From positions 1-40,752 of the IMG/VR virus record IMGVR_UViG_3300025782_000027: a stretch of 40,752 bases of DNA. The stretch is one strand, 5' to 3'. The stretch comes from a virus. Taxonomy: Duplodnaviria; Caudoviricetes. Under the pieces are notes generated by a model that was not told where the DNA came from, made no database searches, and saw only the letters and a list, made by a program, of their open reading frames with translations. Shown one piece after another: positions 9,209 through 17,648 of the stretch. The first letter of the stretch is position 1. Every line of letters starts with the position of its first letter. The position numbers and the translations under genes are program-made.

Positions 9209-12121
9209 ATGCCACGTTTATCTAAGATTGGAGCCGCCGCACTAGCCGCATTTGGGTGGACAAGTGGCGCAACTGTAACTGCTTCTTATTTAGTAGTGGC
9301 TGGAGGCGGAGGTGGTGGTTCATTTGTAGGAGGTGGCGGAGGTGGTGGTGGATATAGAACAGGCACAGCATCTCTTAACCCATCATTGTCATACACCGTT
9401 ACTGTTGGGGCAGGTGGGGCGGGTGCTATTTATACATCTGGTCAAGCTGGTAACGGTGGGAATTCAATTTTTTCATCTATTACTTCAACTGGAGGTGGGG
9501 GTGGTGGTAATGGGGCAACTGGAACTTCGTCTTATGCCTATGGACAAAATGGTGGTTCTGGTGGTGGTGCTTCTTATGATGGTTCAACCAATATTGGGTT
9601 AGGAAATACTCCATCGACAAGTCCATCACAAGGTAGCAATGGCGGTACAGGAAATAATGGTAGCTCAAACAATGGCGGTGGTGGCGGTGGCGCATCTGCC
9701 GCAGGTACAAACGGGGCTTCTGGAGGTTCTGGTGGTGCTGGATCAGCTAGCTCTATTTCTGGTTCTAGCGTTACATACGCAGGTGGCGGTGGAGGAGCGG
9801 CTGATCAATCTGGTTCCGCAGGTACGGGTGGTACTGGTGGCGGAGGAAACGGTGGTGGCGCAAGAGGTGCAAGCGGCACAACTACCGCTGGCACAGCAAA
9901 CCTTGGTGGTGGTGGCGGTGGTTCACCAATTATAAGCGGCCAAGCAGGTGGTCAAGGTGGATCTGGCGTAGTCATCATTTCTTACGCAGGAGCACAACAA
10001 TTTGGAGGAGGAGTAGTAACCTCAGTTGGTGGCAACACTATTCACACATTTAAGACTTCAGGGATATTAACTCCTTTAAGTTCTTTATCTGCATCTTATT
10101 TGATTGTTGCTGGTGGTGCTGGTGGAGCATATGGTAGAGGCGGTGGTGGTGGCGCAGGGGGCTTGTTATCAGGCTCTAGCCTAACCATTGATACAAATTC
10201 CAACTATCTTGTCACTGTAGGGGCAGGTGGTACTGGCGGTACTTCTGGAACTCCAACAGGGGCAAATGGCACTAATTCAGCCTTTACTATGGTGATTACA
10301 ACGGCTGTTGGCGGTGGGGGTGGCGGTACTCCATCTGCAAGTGGACCTGGAGTTGCTGGCGGTTCTGGTGGCGGTGGTGGTTGTGATGCTACTACTGGCT
10401 ACGCTGGAGGTGCAGGAACATCTGGACAAGGTTATGCAGGTGGTCAAGGCAATCCTTTGGCAACTGTTTTATATGGTGCTGGTGGTGGTGGTGGTGCAGG
10501 AGCAGTAGGTTCAGCAGGAACATCATCAGTTGGTGGCAATGGTGGCGTAGGTGTTGCTTTATCAATATCTGGTTCATCAACCTATTACGCAGGTGGTGGA
10601 GGTGGTGGAATACAGAATACTGGCACAGCAGGCTCTGGTGGTAATGGCGGAGGAGGCGCAGGTGGCGCAGGTAGTACCGCAGGAACATCAGGAGCAACCA
10701 ATTTAGGTGCTGGTGGTGGAGGTGGAGGTGGAACTTCTGCCAACGGTGGAGCAGGTGGCTCAGGTATCGTAATCATCTCTTACCCAGGATCAACCCAACA
10801 AATGGCAGGTGGAACAGTAACTATAGTAGGAGGTAATGTCATACATACCTTTACTAGTTCTGGGTATCTAACACCTATTAAGTACGTTAATAACTCTTTA
10901 CGTTTTAGATCAAGTGCTTCTGCTTATTTGCAACGTACTTTTTCAACTCCAACTAACCAAACAACTTTTACATTTTCTTGCTGGTTAAAGCGTGGGAAAT
11001 TAGGAGTTAGTCAAACAGTTATTGGGGATGCTGGAGCGGGTTTTGATGGTGTTAATTTTTCCTCATCAGACCAATTAATTTGGTATGTAAATGGTTCAGC
11101 CTCAATTACAACTACTGCGGTTTATCGTGATCCAGCGGCTTGGTATCACATTGTTTTGAAAGCCTCTGGCGCAAGTAGTGTTTTGTATGTCAACAATCAA
11201 CAAGTTGGCTCTGGTTCTACTGCGGCTGTTTATTTCAATACGGCTGTCATACATCTTATTGGTCAAAACGCCAGTACAAACTATTTTGACGGCTACATGA
11301 CCGAAATCAATTTAATTGATGGTCAAGCATTAACACCTACATCATTTGGTGGATACAACTCATACGGAGTATGGCAACCTATTACCTATGGTGGTAGCTA
11401 TGGTACTAATGGGTTCTATTTGCCTTTTACAAATAATACAAGTACAACAACCCTTGGATATGACTTTAGCCCTAACGGTAATAACTGGACTACAAATAAC
11501 ATATCTCTAACAGCAGGGGTCACATACGACAGTATGACAGACGTACCTACGCTAACAAGTGCTACTGCTAGTAATTATGCGGTGTTGAATCCTCTTGTTC
11601 GGACAACAAACAACAGCGGCTCAATTAGTCAAGCGGACGGCAACCTGTTAACATCAATTGGAAGTTACGCAAACACTGCGCTTGCCACTATTGGTGTTAC
11701 ATCAGGTAAGTGGTATTGGGAGATGACCCCAACCGCAACAAATGCAGGCGCATATTTTTATATTGGTGTTGCCGCGCAAGGGTTTAACAGCGCGGCACAA
11801 CCAAACGCAGATGCTTTGCAATGGGCTTATTATGGGGCCAGTGGCAATGCAATGAACAACAGCAACGTGGCGTATGGTTCAACTTATACGACCAATGATG
11901 TGGTTGGTGTCGCCCTTGACATGAATGCTGGCACTTTGACGTTCTACAAAAATGGCGTTTCACAAGGTCAAGCGTTTTCAAATCTTGCTGGCAACACTAT
12001 TTTTCCAATGTGTTCGTTTGGTAACTCAGGGTCAATTACGGTTGTTGCTAACTTTGGTCAACGCCCATTCACCTACACCCCCCCAACAGGCTTTGTTGCC
12101 CTCAACACATATAACCTATAA
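9209..12121 (+). CDS. Gly-rich fibre / receptor-binding protein: two polyglycine repeat domains, LamG (ConA-like) and SPRY-like domains
   Basis: Two YL.VAGG...GGSG.VIISY...IHTF repeats; SLRF...TFSCWLKRG...WYHIV (LamG); GKWYWE...DVVGVALDM...FYKNG (SPRY). Confidence 0.75.
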   Translation: MPRLSKIGAAALAAFGWTSGATVTASYLVVAGGGGGGSFVGGGGGGGGYRTGTASLNPSLSYTVTVGAGGAGAIYTSGQAGNGGNSIFSSITSTGGGGGGNGATGTSSYAYGQNGGSGGGASYDGSTNIGLGNTPSTSPSQGSNGGTGNNGSSNNGGGGGGASAAGTNGASGGSGGAGSASSISGSSVTYAGGGGGAADQSGSAGTGGTGGGGNGGGARGASGTTTAGTANLGGGGGGSPIISGQAGGQGGSGVVIISYAGAQQFGGGVVTSVGGNTIHTFKTSGILTPLSSLSASYLIVAGGAGGAYGRGGGGGAGGLLSGSSLTIDTNSNYLVTVGAGGTGGTSGTPTGANGTNSAFTMVITTAVGGGGGGTPSASGPGVAGGSGGGGGCDATTGYAGGAGTSGQGYAGGQGNPLATVLYGAGGGGGAGAVGSAGTSSVGGNGGVGVALSISGSSTYYAGGGGGGIQNTGTAGSGGNGGGGAGGAGSTAGTSGATNLGAGGGGGGGTSANGGAGGSGIVIISYPGSTQQMAGGTVTIVGGNVIHTFTSSGYLTPIKYVNNSLRFRSSASAYLQRTFSTPTNQTTFTFSCWLKRGKLGVSQTVIGDAGAGFDGVNFSSSDQLIWYVNGSASITTTAVYRDPAAWYHIVLKASGASSVLYVNNQQVGSGSTAAVYFNTAVIHLIGQNASTNYFDGYMTEINLIDGQALTPTSFGGYNSYGVWQPITYGGSYGTNGFYLPFTNNTSTTTLGYDFSPNGNNWTTNNISLTAGVTYDSMTDVPTLTSATASNYAVLNPLVRTTNNSGSISQADGNLLTSIGSYANTALATIGVTSGKWYWEMTPTATNAGAYFYIGVAAQGFNSAAQPNADALQWAYYGASGNAMNNSNVAYGSTYTTNDVVGVALDMNAGTLTFYKNGVSQGQAFSNLAGNTIFPMCSFGNSGSITVVANFGQRPFTYTPPTGFVALNTYNL

Positions 12122-12131
12122 GGAATAGAAG

Positions 12132-13181
12132 ATGCCAACAACATATGCAATTCCTAATGGTGCTACCGCATTTGCCGCTACTACTTATACGGGTACTGGC
12201 ACTACACAAAGTATTTTAAATAGTGCTAACACAACAACGGGAGTATCTTTTCAACCTGATTTTGTGTGGGCCAAATCTAGAAGCGTTTCAAATAATCATG
12301 GCTTATTTGATTCTGTTCGTGGCGTTGGAAATGCCCTTTACTCTAACGGCACTTTTGCAGAGGGAAGTAACGGTACTACTTTAACTTCATTCAATTCAAA
12401 TGGATATAGCGTTGGAAGCGATTCTGCGGCAATTATTAATGTAAGTGGCGTAACCTATGTAGGTTGGCAATGGAAAGCAGGAGGAACATCATCCTCTAAT
12501 ACTAACGGCTCTATAACATCTACTGTAAGTGTTAATGCTACGGCAGGATTTAGTGTTGTTACTTATACGGGTACAGGTGCTAATGCGACTGTAGGACATG
12601 GGTTGGGTGTAGCGCCTAGCATGATGATTGTGAAAGTTAGATCAACAACTAACGATTGGGTTGTTTATCACTCAGGTCTTGCAAATCCCGCAACTAACGT
12701 GATGATTTTGGATACGACAGCGGCAGTATCCACGGGTGATTTGCAATGGAATAGCACCTCTCCTACGAGTTCTGTATTTAGCATAGGTACTAAAGCAGGT
12801 AGTAATCAATCAGGACAAACATTTGTTGCCTACTGTTGGGCACAAATACCAGGATATAGCAAATTTGGTAGTTATACAGGCAATGGTTCTACAGATGGGC
12901 CATTTGTGTTCACCAATTTTAGACCACGTTGGGTCATGATAAAAAGAACAGACACTACTGCAAATTGGATTATTTGGGACACATCAAGAGACACTTACAA
13001 CGTAACGCAAAACGATTTATTCCCAAATAGTTCAACCGCTGAAGTACAAGGAAATTACATCGATATTTTGTCTAACGGATTTAAAAACCGAGATACAAGC
13101 GTTACAACAAACGCATCTGGCGGCACATACATCTACGCTTGTTTTGCCGAGACCGCTTTTAAGTTTGCGAATGCGAGGTGA
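12132..13181 (+). CDS. Fibre-associated beta-repeat protein
   Basis: YTGTG, FQPDFVWAKSR, AGFSVVTYTG, GHGLG and FRPRWVMIK repeats typical of phage LamG/SPRY fibre distal parts. Confidence 0.7.
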   Translation: MPTTYAIPNGATAFAATTYTGTGTTQSILNSANTTTGVSFQPDFVWAKSRSVSNNHGLFDSVRGVGNALYSNGTFAEGSNGTTLTSFNSNGYSVGSDSAAIINVSGVTYVGWQWKAGGTSSSNTNGSITSTVSVNATAGFSVVTYTGTGANATVGHGLGVAPSMMIVKVRSTTNDWVVYHSGLANPATNVMILDTTAAVSTGDLQWNSTSPTSSVFSIGTKAGSNQSGQTFVAYCWAQIPGYSKFGSYTGNGSTDGPFVFTNFRPRWVMIKRTDTTANWIIWDTSRDTYNVTQNDLFPNSSTAEVQGNYIDILSNGFKNRDTSVTTNASGGTYIYACFAETAFKFANAR

Positions 13182-13182
13182 T

Positions 13183-13812
13183 GTGAGAATTGCGGTTTAC
13201 ACTATCACCAATAAAACCGATGGCAAAAAATATGTCGGTATATCCAATAATTTGGATAGGAGATGGCGTGACCACAAAAAAGCAGATGGGTGGTGCATTG
13301 CTTTGCATAATGCCATAAAAAAATATGGCGTTGACAATTTTGATTTTTGTCATATAGCCGATGCTTATTCTTGGGAAGATGCTTGTTTGATTGAAAAATT
13401 GCTTATCAAAGAGATGAACACAAAATCCCCAAATGGATACAACCTGACTTATGGAGGCGATGGGACGGTTGGCTTTAAACATTCAGAAGAAGAATGTCAA
13501 CGTAGAAGCGAACGATGCCCAACAAGAAATCCAGAGGTTGCCAAAATTGTTGCTGACAAACTTCGAGGACGTAAAAGACCTCAAACAAGTGGAGAAAAAA
13601 ACGCAATGTTTGGCAGAATTGGAAGAAGTTCTCACATGCTTAAACACATCGTAATTGCCAAAAATATTAAGAATGGCAATACAATGATTTTGGCTGGAGC
13701 CAAAGAAATTGAAGCCGCTGGGTTTTGTAGGGCGCATGTTTATTCATGCGCTAAAAAAATACGAAAAACTCACAAAAATCACACATTTGAATTTCAAGGA
13801 GAAATATTATGA
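13183..13812 (+). mobile_element. Free-standing GIY-YIG homing endonuclease with NUMOD-type DNA-binding repeats
   Basis: AVYTITN...KKYVGIS (GIY-YIG variant), RRW..H, GYNLT.GGDG, GFKHSEE, GEKNAMFG; probable GTG start at 13183 after GAGGTG. Confidence 0.85.
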
Positions 13813-14174
13813 GCCACTTTGCGAAAATTGAAAATGGGTTAGTGGTGCAGGTAATTGTTGCTGAAGAGGATTTTATTGCAACGGGAGCACTTGGCGACCC
13901 CAATAATTTTGTGCAGACATCGTATAACACTCGTGGCGGTGTTCACTATGGTGCTGATGGACAACCTGATGGTGGTGTGGCTCTAAGGGCTAACTACGCA
14001 GGAATTGGTTACACATACGATAAAACGAATGATGTATTCCATGCGCCCCAACCTTATCCATCATGGACGATCAGTGCTCCTACATGGATCTGGACAGCAC
14101 CTACACCTTACCCAACAGATGGAAAAATCTACACTTGGGATGAAGCTACAAAAGCTTGGGTAGAAAAAATCTAA
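13809..14174 (+). CDS. Conserved phage fibre-associated protein
   Basis: MSHFAKI...QTSYNT...RANYAGIGYTYD...PQPYPSW. Confidence 0.7.
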   Translation: MSHFAKIENGLVVQVIVAEEDFIATGALGDPNNFVQTSYNTRGGVHYGADGQPDGGVALRANYAGIGYTYDKTNDVFHAPQPYPSWTISAPTWIWTAPTPYPTDGKIYTWDEATKAWVEKI

Positions 14175-14183
14175 AGGTTAGAC

Positions 14184-14885
14184 ATTGATCCATTCACACT
14201 CATTGCGGCCGCCAGTACTGCCCTTAAGCTTGTCAAGCAAGGGTGCGAAATGTTCCGTGAGGGACAGGCAGTTGTTAAAGACGTTATCAAAACTGCCAAT
14301 GAGGTCAAAGCTATTGGCAAGGAAGTTACAGGAATATTTGGATGGATTGCAAATCTCTTTGCTCCTCCAAAGGAAGAAGTAAAAGCCGCCCCAGAAATAA
14401 AAAAGAAAAAGAAACAAGCCGAGGAGTTTAATGCACCAGCGGTATATGCGGAGATAGGAAAACAAATCACAGCATTCTATAAAGCATACAATGCACTGAA
14501 AGATCACATTGAGGAAGAAGAGTTAAAGTCAAAGACGGTCTACGATCCAACTGGGGATCAGACTGAAAGAGCAATTCAACGGGTTCTAGCCATGTCACAA
14601 ATGGAAGAGATGAGCATAGAACTAAGGGAGTATATGGTCTACCACGTTCCTCCAGAACTGAAAGATTTATACACCCGTGTGAACAAAATGATTGGCACAA
14701 TTGCAAATGAACAAGCTATTGCTAAGCAAGCTATGTTCAAGAAAAGAAGAGAGATTGAAGCGAGGGAGAGGGAACTGGCTGATAAAATTTGGTTTAGGAC
14801 AGCTTCGACTATAGCGGTGATAATAGTTGCAATTTATATGGCGGGGCTGATGTGGGCAATAAAAGTAATGACTGGGCCTATGTAA
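14184..14885 (+). CDS. Coiled-coil protein with C-terminal TM in the lysis region; probable ATT start
   Basis: Frame is open from the stop at 14174; ATT-GAT-CCA-TTC (xDPFTLIAAA) follows AAAGG; first ATG at 14250; C-terminal hydrophobic helix. Confidence 0.6.
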   Translation: MDPFTLIAAASTALKLVKQGCEMFREGQAVVKDVIKTANEVKAIGKEVTGIFGWIANLFAPPKEEVKAAPEIKKKKKQAEEFNAPAVYAEIGKQITAFYKAYNALKDHIEEEELKSKTVYDPTGDQTERAIQRVLAMSQMEEMSIELREYMVYHVPPELKDLYTRVNKMIGTIANEQAIAKQAMFKKRREIEARERELADKIWFRTASTIAVIIVAIYMAGLMWAIKVMTGPM

Positions 14886-15046
14886 TAACGATAATCATAT
14901 TGGCGTTGTTGTTTGTTCTGGTGCTTCCCATTCTAGGTCTTTTGTATATGGATGTGCGTCAAGAGCGCATATTGTTGCAGGCAGACATAAAGCGGATTGA
15001 AAAGCTGAAGAAAGAAATGGAACGGCAAAAGGAAAAAAGTGAATGA
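14852..15046 (+). CDS. Small protein with N-terminal TM and coiled coil
   Basis: YVITIIILALLFVLVLPILGLLY then a charged helix. Confidence 0.6.
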   Translation: MGNKSNDWAYVITIIILALLFVLVLPILGLLYMDVRQERILLQADIKRIEKLKKEMERQKEKSE

Positions 15047-15276
15047 GAATATGCGCTTTATTGATTTTATTATTAGCGGGGTGTCAAGACCGTTACCGCT
15101 ATTTTTGCCAAGATCCTGATAACTTTGGTGCGCCTCAGTGTCAGCATCCACGTTGTGAGTTCACCCAAGATTGTCCAGAATATTTAGTTGCACCTGTATT
15201 GGAGAAGAAAATTGAAGGAATTACTACTGCTCCTGTTAACCCCCAACCCCAATCAGGAACGACTAACTGCCGATGA
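15043..15276 (+). CDS. Cys-rich lipoprotein
   Basis: Signal peptide with lipobox LAG-C; DRYRYFCQDP with four more core Cys. Confidence 0.75.
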   Translation: MRICALLILLLAGCQDRYRYFCQDPDNFGAPQCQHPRCEFTQDCPEYLVAPVLEKKIEGITTAPVNPQPQSGTTNCR

Positions 15277-15673
15277 AATAGAAGCCCGTACAAGGTCTTT
15301 TGTTATCGTTGTGGTAACACTGATACTATTTTTCATAGTAGTTACCCTAATATATAGCGTAATGTTTGTGTCTCAGCCAATCAAGGCTATGGCTCCAATT
15401 GATCAAGCATTTACCAAGATGCTTAATGACATTGTGCTTCTTATCGTAGGAGGCATAGGCGGCATTATGACTAAAGGCTTAACAAATGAGGCTACCGCTA
15501 TGATGAACAACGTTAAATCTGGCAAAGATGCTTATGTAGCTCCTCCTGTTAAAGAAATTGTTATGGGTCCAGCCACGGGTTGGACAGCGCCCCCAGCGCC
15601 TACCAGCGGTCCTGTTTTAGAGGCAGATCATGAGCGTGAGCGTATGGCACAAGCGAGGGCAGAAAATGTTTAG
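15212..15673 (+). CDS. Two-TM membrane protein, holin candidate
   Basis: GGAG RBS 7 nt before TTG at 15212; two hydrophobic segments; in the lysis cassette. Confidence 0.55.
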   Translation: MKELLLLLLTPNPNQERLTADEIEARTRSFVIVVVTLILFFIVVTLIYSVMFVSQPIKAMAPIDQAFTKMLNDIVLLIVGGIGGIMTKGLTNEATAMMNNVKSGKDAYVAPPVKEIVMGPATGWTAPPAPTSGPVLEADHERERMAQARAENV

Positions 15674-16139
15674 TTTATTTAATCCCTGGGTTATTATTGG
15701 AGCTATTGCAACTTTTATAGGAGTGTACTTTTATGGACATCATGCAGGCTATCAACAACGTGTTGACGAAGATCAAGCAGAAATTATCAGACTTAATGGC
15801 GAAGCTCGCGCAAAAGAAGCAGAGTTAAACCAGAAAATTGCAACCGCAACGACTGCTCTAAGAAAGGCGAAAGATGATATTAAAACCCAGCAATCTAGTC
15901 TTAATGCTCGCGCTGACTCTGGCGAGTTGCGGTTACCTCAAACCTCCTGTGGTGTATCAGCCAATTCAAGTACCGCCTCTCAGCCTGGAAATTCAACCAA
16001 TGAATCCGAATCTGAGCGACAGACTGTCAAAGAGCTTATCGCCATCGCAACAGACGGCGACACAGCCATCCTCTCCCTCAACGCCTGTATCCAGCAATAC
16101 AACAGCGTCAGAGAAACGGTAAACAAGGGGGTCAAATGA
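15666..16139 (+). CDS. Rz: Rz-like inner-membrane spanin
   Basis: N-terminal TM, coiled coil, GELRL motif, LNACI near the C-terminus; hosts an embedded lipoprotein ORF. Confidence 0.8.
   Translation: MFSLFNPWVIIGAIATFIGVYFYGHHAGYQQRVDEDQAEIIRLNGEARAKEAELNQKIATATTALRKAKDDIKTQQSSLNARADSGELRLPQTSCGVSANSSTASQPGNSTNESESERQTVKELIAIATDGDTAILSLNACIQQYNSVRETVNKGVK
15874..16122 (+). CDS. Rz1: Rz1-like outer-membrane spanin embedded in Rz
   Basis: +1 frame inside Rz; lipobox LAS-C; Pro-rich mature part. Confidence 0.7.
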   Translation: MILKPSNLVLMLALTLASCGYLKPPVVYQPIQVPPLSLEIQPMNPNLSDRLSKSLSPSQQTATQPSSPSTPVSSNTTASEKR

Positions 16140-16732
16140 TCAGCCCAGAAAAGCTCCACGCCCTTGGGATTGGTTCAGAATGGTCTGAGCCACTTACCAC
16201 TACTTTTGCAACTTTTGGCATAGACGATCTTAACAAACAGGCCGCTTTTATTGGCCAATGCTCCCACGAATGCAACAAGTTTAAAACGTTAGAAGAAAAC
16301 CTAAATTACAAAGCCGCAACGCTTGAAAAACTATTTGGGCATAAGTTTAAACCTGAAGAAATAGCGCTTTATGCTGGTAATCCAGTCAAGATTGCTAACA
16401 GGATTTACTCTAATCGTATGGGCAATCGGGACGAGGCAAGCGGAGATGGCTGGCTTTATCACGGCCGTGGGTGCATACAGTTGACTGGACACGATAATTA
16501 CTGGCATTTTAGTCAGGCTGTAAACAAAGACTTTACAAAAGACCCGCAACAAGTTGCACTTCCAATGTACGCCGCTTTATCTGGAGGATGGTTTTGGAAG
16601 ACCCACGGATGTAATGAATTGGCAGAGGCCAAGAATTGGGAAGGCTTGACAAAGCGCATTAATGGTGGCACTTTTGGACTTAATGAACGTATTGAATTAA
16701 CTCAGCGTGCCCTTGCTGTTTTGGGTGGATAA
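16136..16732 (+). CDS. Glycoside hydrolase family 19 endolysin
   Basis: AAFIGQCSHEC, EENLNY, GDGWLYHGRGCIQLTG..NY, WFW and TKRINGG motifs. Confidence 0.92.
   Translation: MISPEKLHALGIGSEWSEPLTTTFATFGIDDLNKQAAFIGQCSHECNKFKTLEENLNYKAATLEKLFGHKFKPEEIALYAGNPVKIANRIYSNRMGNRDEASGDGWLYHGRGCIQLTGHDNYWHFSQAVNKDFTKDPQQVALPMYAALSGGWFWKTHGCNELAEAKNWEGLTKRINGGTFGLNERIELTQRALAVLGG
16544..16559. repeat. 16-bp palindrome, 14/16 copy (CCGCAACAAGTTGCAC)
   Basis: Read directly from the sequence; inside the endolysin gene. Confidence 0.75.
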
Positions 16733-17433
16733 TGAGAAAATCAAAACGTAAACCTAAAAATGAACCAATGTGTAACGCAAAACCAGAAGCTCCAATTTTA
16801 ACCCATTCATTAGATGTTGGGCATTACTTCACGTCTGTTGTTTATTCAAAAGAAAAGCCAGAATTTTTAGATGCCGTCAAAGCTGTTACTGACGAGCACC
16901 TTGCAATTGTCAAAGCTAACGAAAAGCTGGATGAAATATATCCTGTTAGGATGACTAACAACATATATGCTGATCCGCGTTTGGCTGAGTTTATTCAATT
17001 TGTAGGCAATCAATCTTGGTTTATTTTGTTTAACCAGGGTTATAAGATGCAACAAATGAGTACTGTTATTGAGTCTATGTGGTGTCAAGAACACCATAAA
17101 CACTCACTAATGGAGCAACATACACATACAAATCCAGTGCAAGTCGTTGGGTTTTACTTTATTGAATGTCCTGAGAATTGCTCAAACTTGGTATTTCATG
17201 ACCCAAGGGCGGGGAAAGTTCAAGCAAGTTTGCCTGAAAATGATCCTAAGTTTATAACCCCAGCAAGTAACAATGTTGGATTTATACCCAAGCCTGGGAT
17301 GTTTTTTTTCACAAATGCTTGGTTAGCGCACTCGTTTTCTAGGCACGCATCTGAGTTACCAATTCGGTTTATACATTTCAACATGGAAGTTCGGCCAACA
17401 ATGTTAGCGCCTGCACAGGTTGAGATAGTGTGA
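16732..17433 (+). CDS. Putative 2OG-Fe(II) oxygenase (TIGR02466-like)
   Basis: W...HTH, GFYFI, LVFHDPR, PKPG...F.NAWLAH and terminal R.IHFN. Confidence 0.8.
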   Translation: MRKSKRKPKNEPMCNAKPEAPILTHSLDVGHYFTSVVYSKEKPEFLDAVKAVTDEHLAIVKANEKLDEIYPVRMTNNIYADPRLAEFIQFVGNQSWFILFNQGYKMQQMSTVIESMWCQEHHKHSLMEQHTHTNPVQVVGFYFIECPENCSNLVFHDPRAGKVQASLPENDPKFITPASNNVGFIPKPGMFFFTNAWLAHSFSRHASELPIRFIHFNMEVRPTMLAPAQVEIV

Positions 17434-17648
17434 AGTACAGAATAAGATTTAATAAGTCTAGGGGTCAGCCAGGACGCGGTACGTTGGACCATGTTTGGCG
17501 GCTTTTTGAGGGCGATAAAGAGTATTTGGTTAAGCACGTCAAAATAAATGTCCCATCTTATAGTGAGCGTGAAGGTGAAGATTGGAATATGTGTTGTGAC
17601 GGTGCGTTAAAGTTAGACAGAGAAACATCCACTGCGATCATTGAATAA
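17430..17648 (+). CDS. Conserved hypothetical phage protein
   Basis: GTGA overlap; YRIRFNKSRGQPGRG..DHVWR. Confidence 0.65.
   Translation: MKYRIRFNKSRGQPGRGTLDHVWRLFEGDKEYLVKHVKINVPSYSEREGEDWNMCCDGALKLDRETSTAIIE

Noticed and set aside
9333-10776. Several alternative-frame ORFs in the Gly-rich fibre gene
   Set aside because: Val-, His- or Pro-rich by-products of GGT/GGC repeats with no initiation signals
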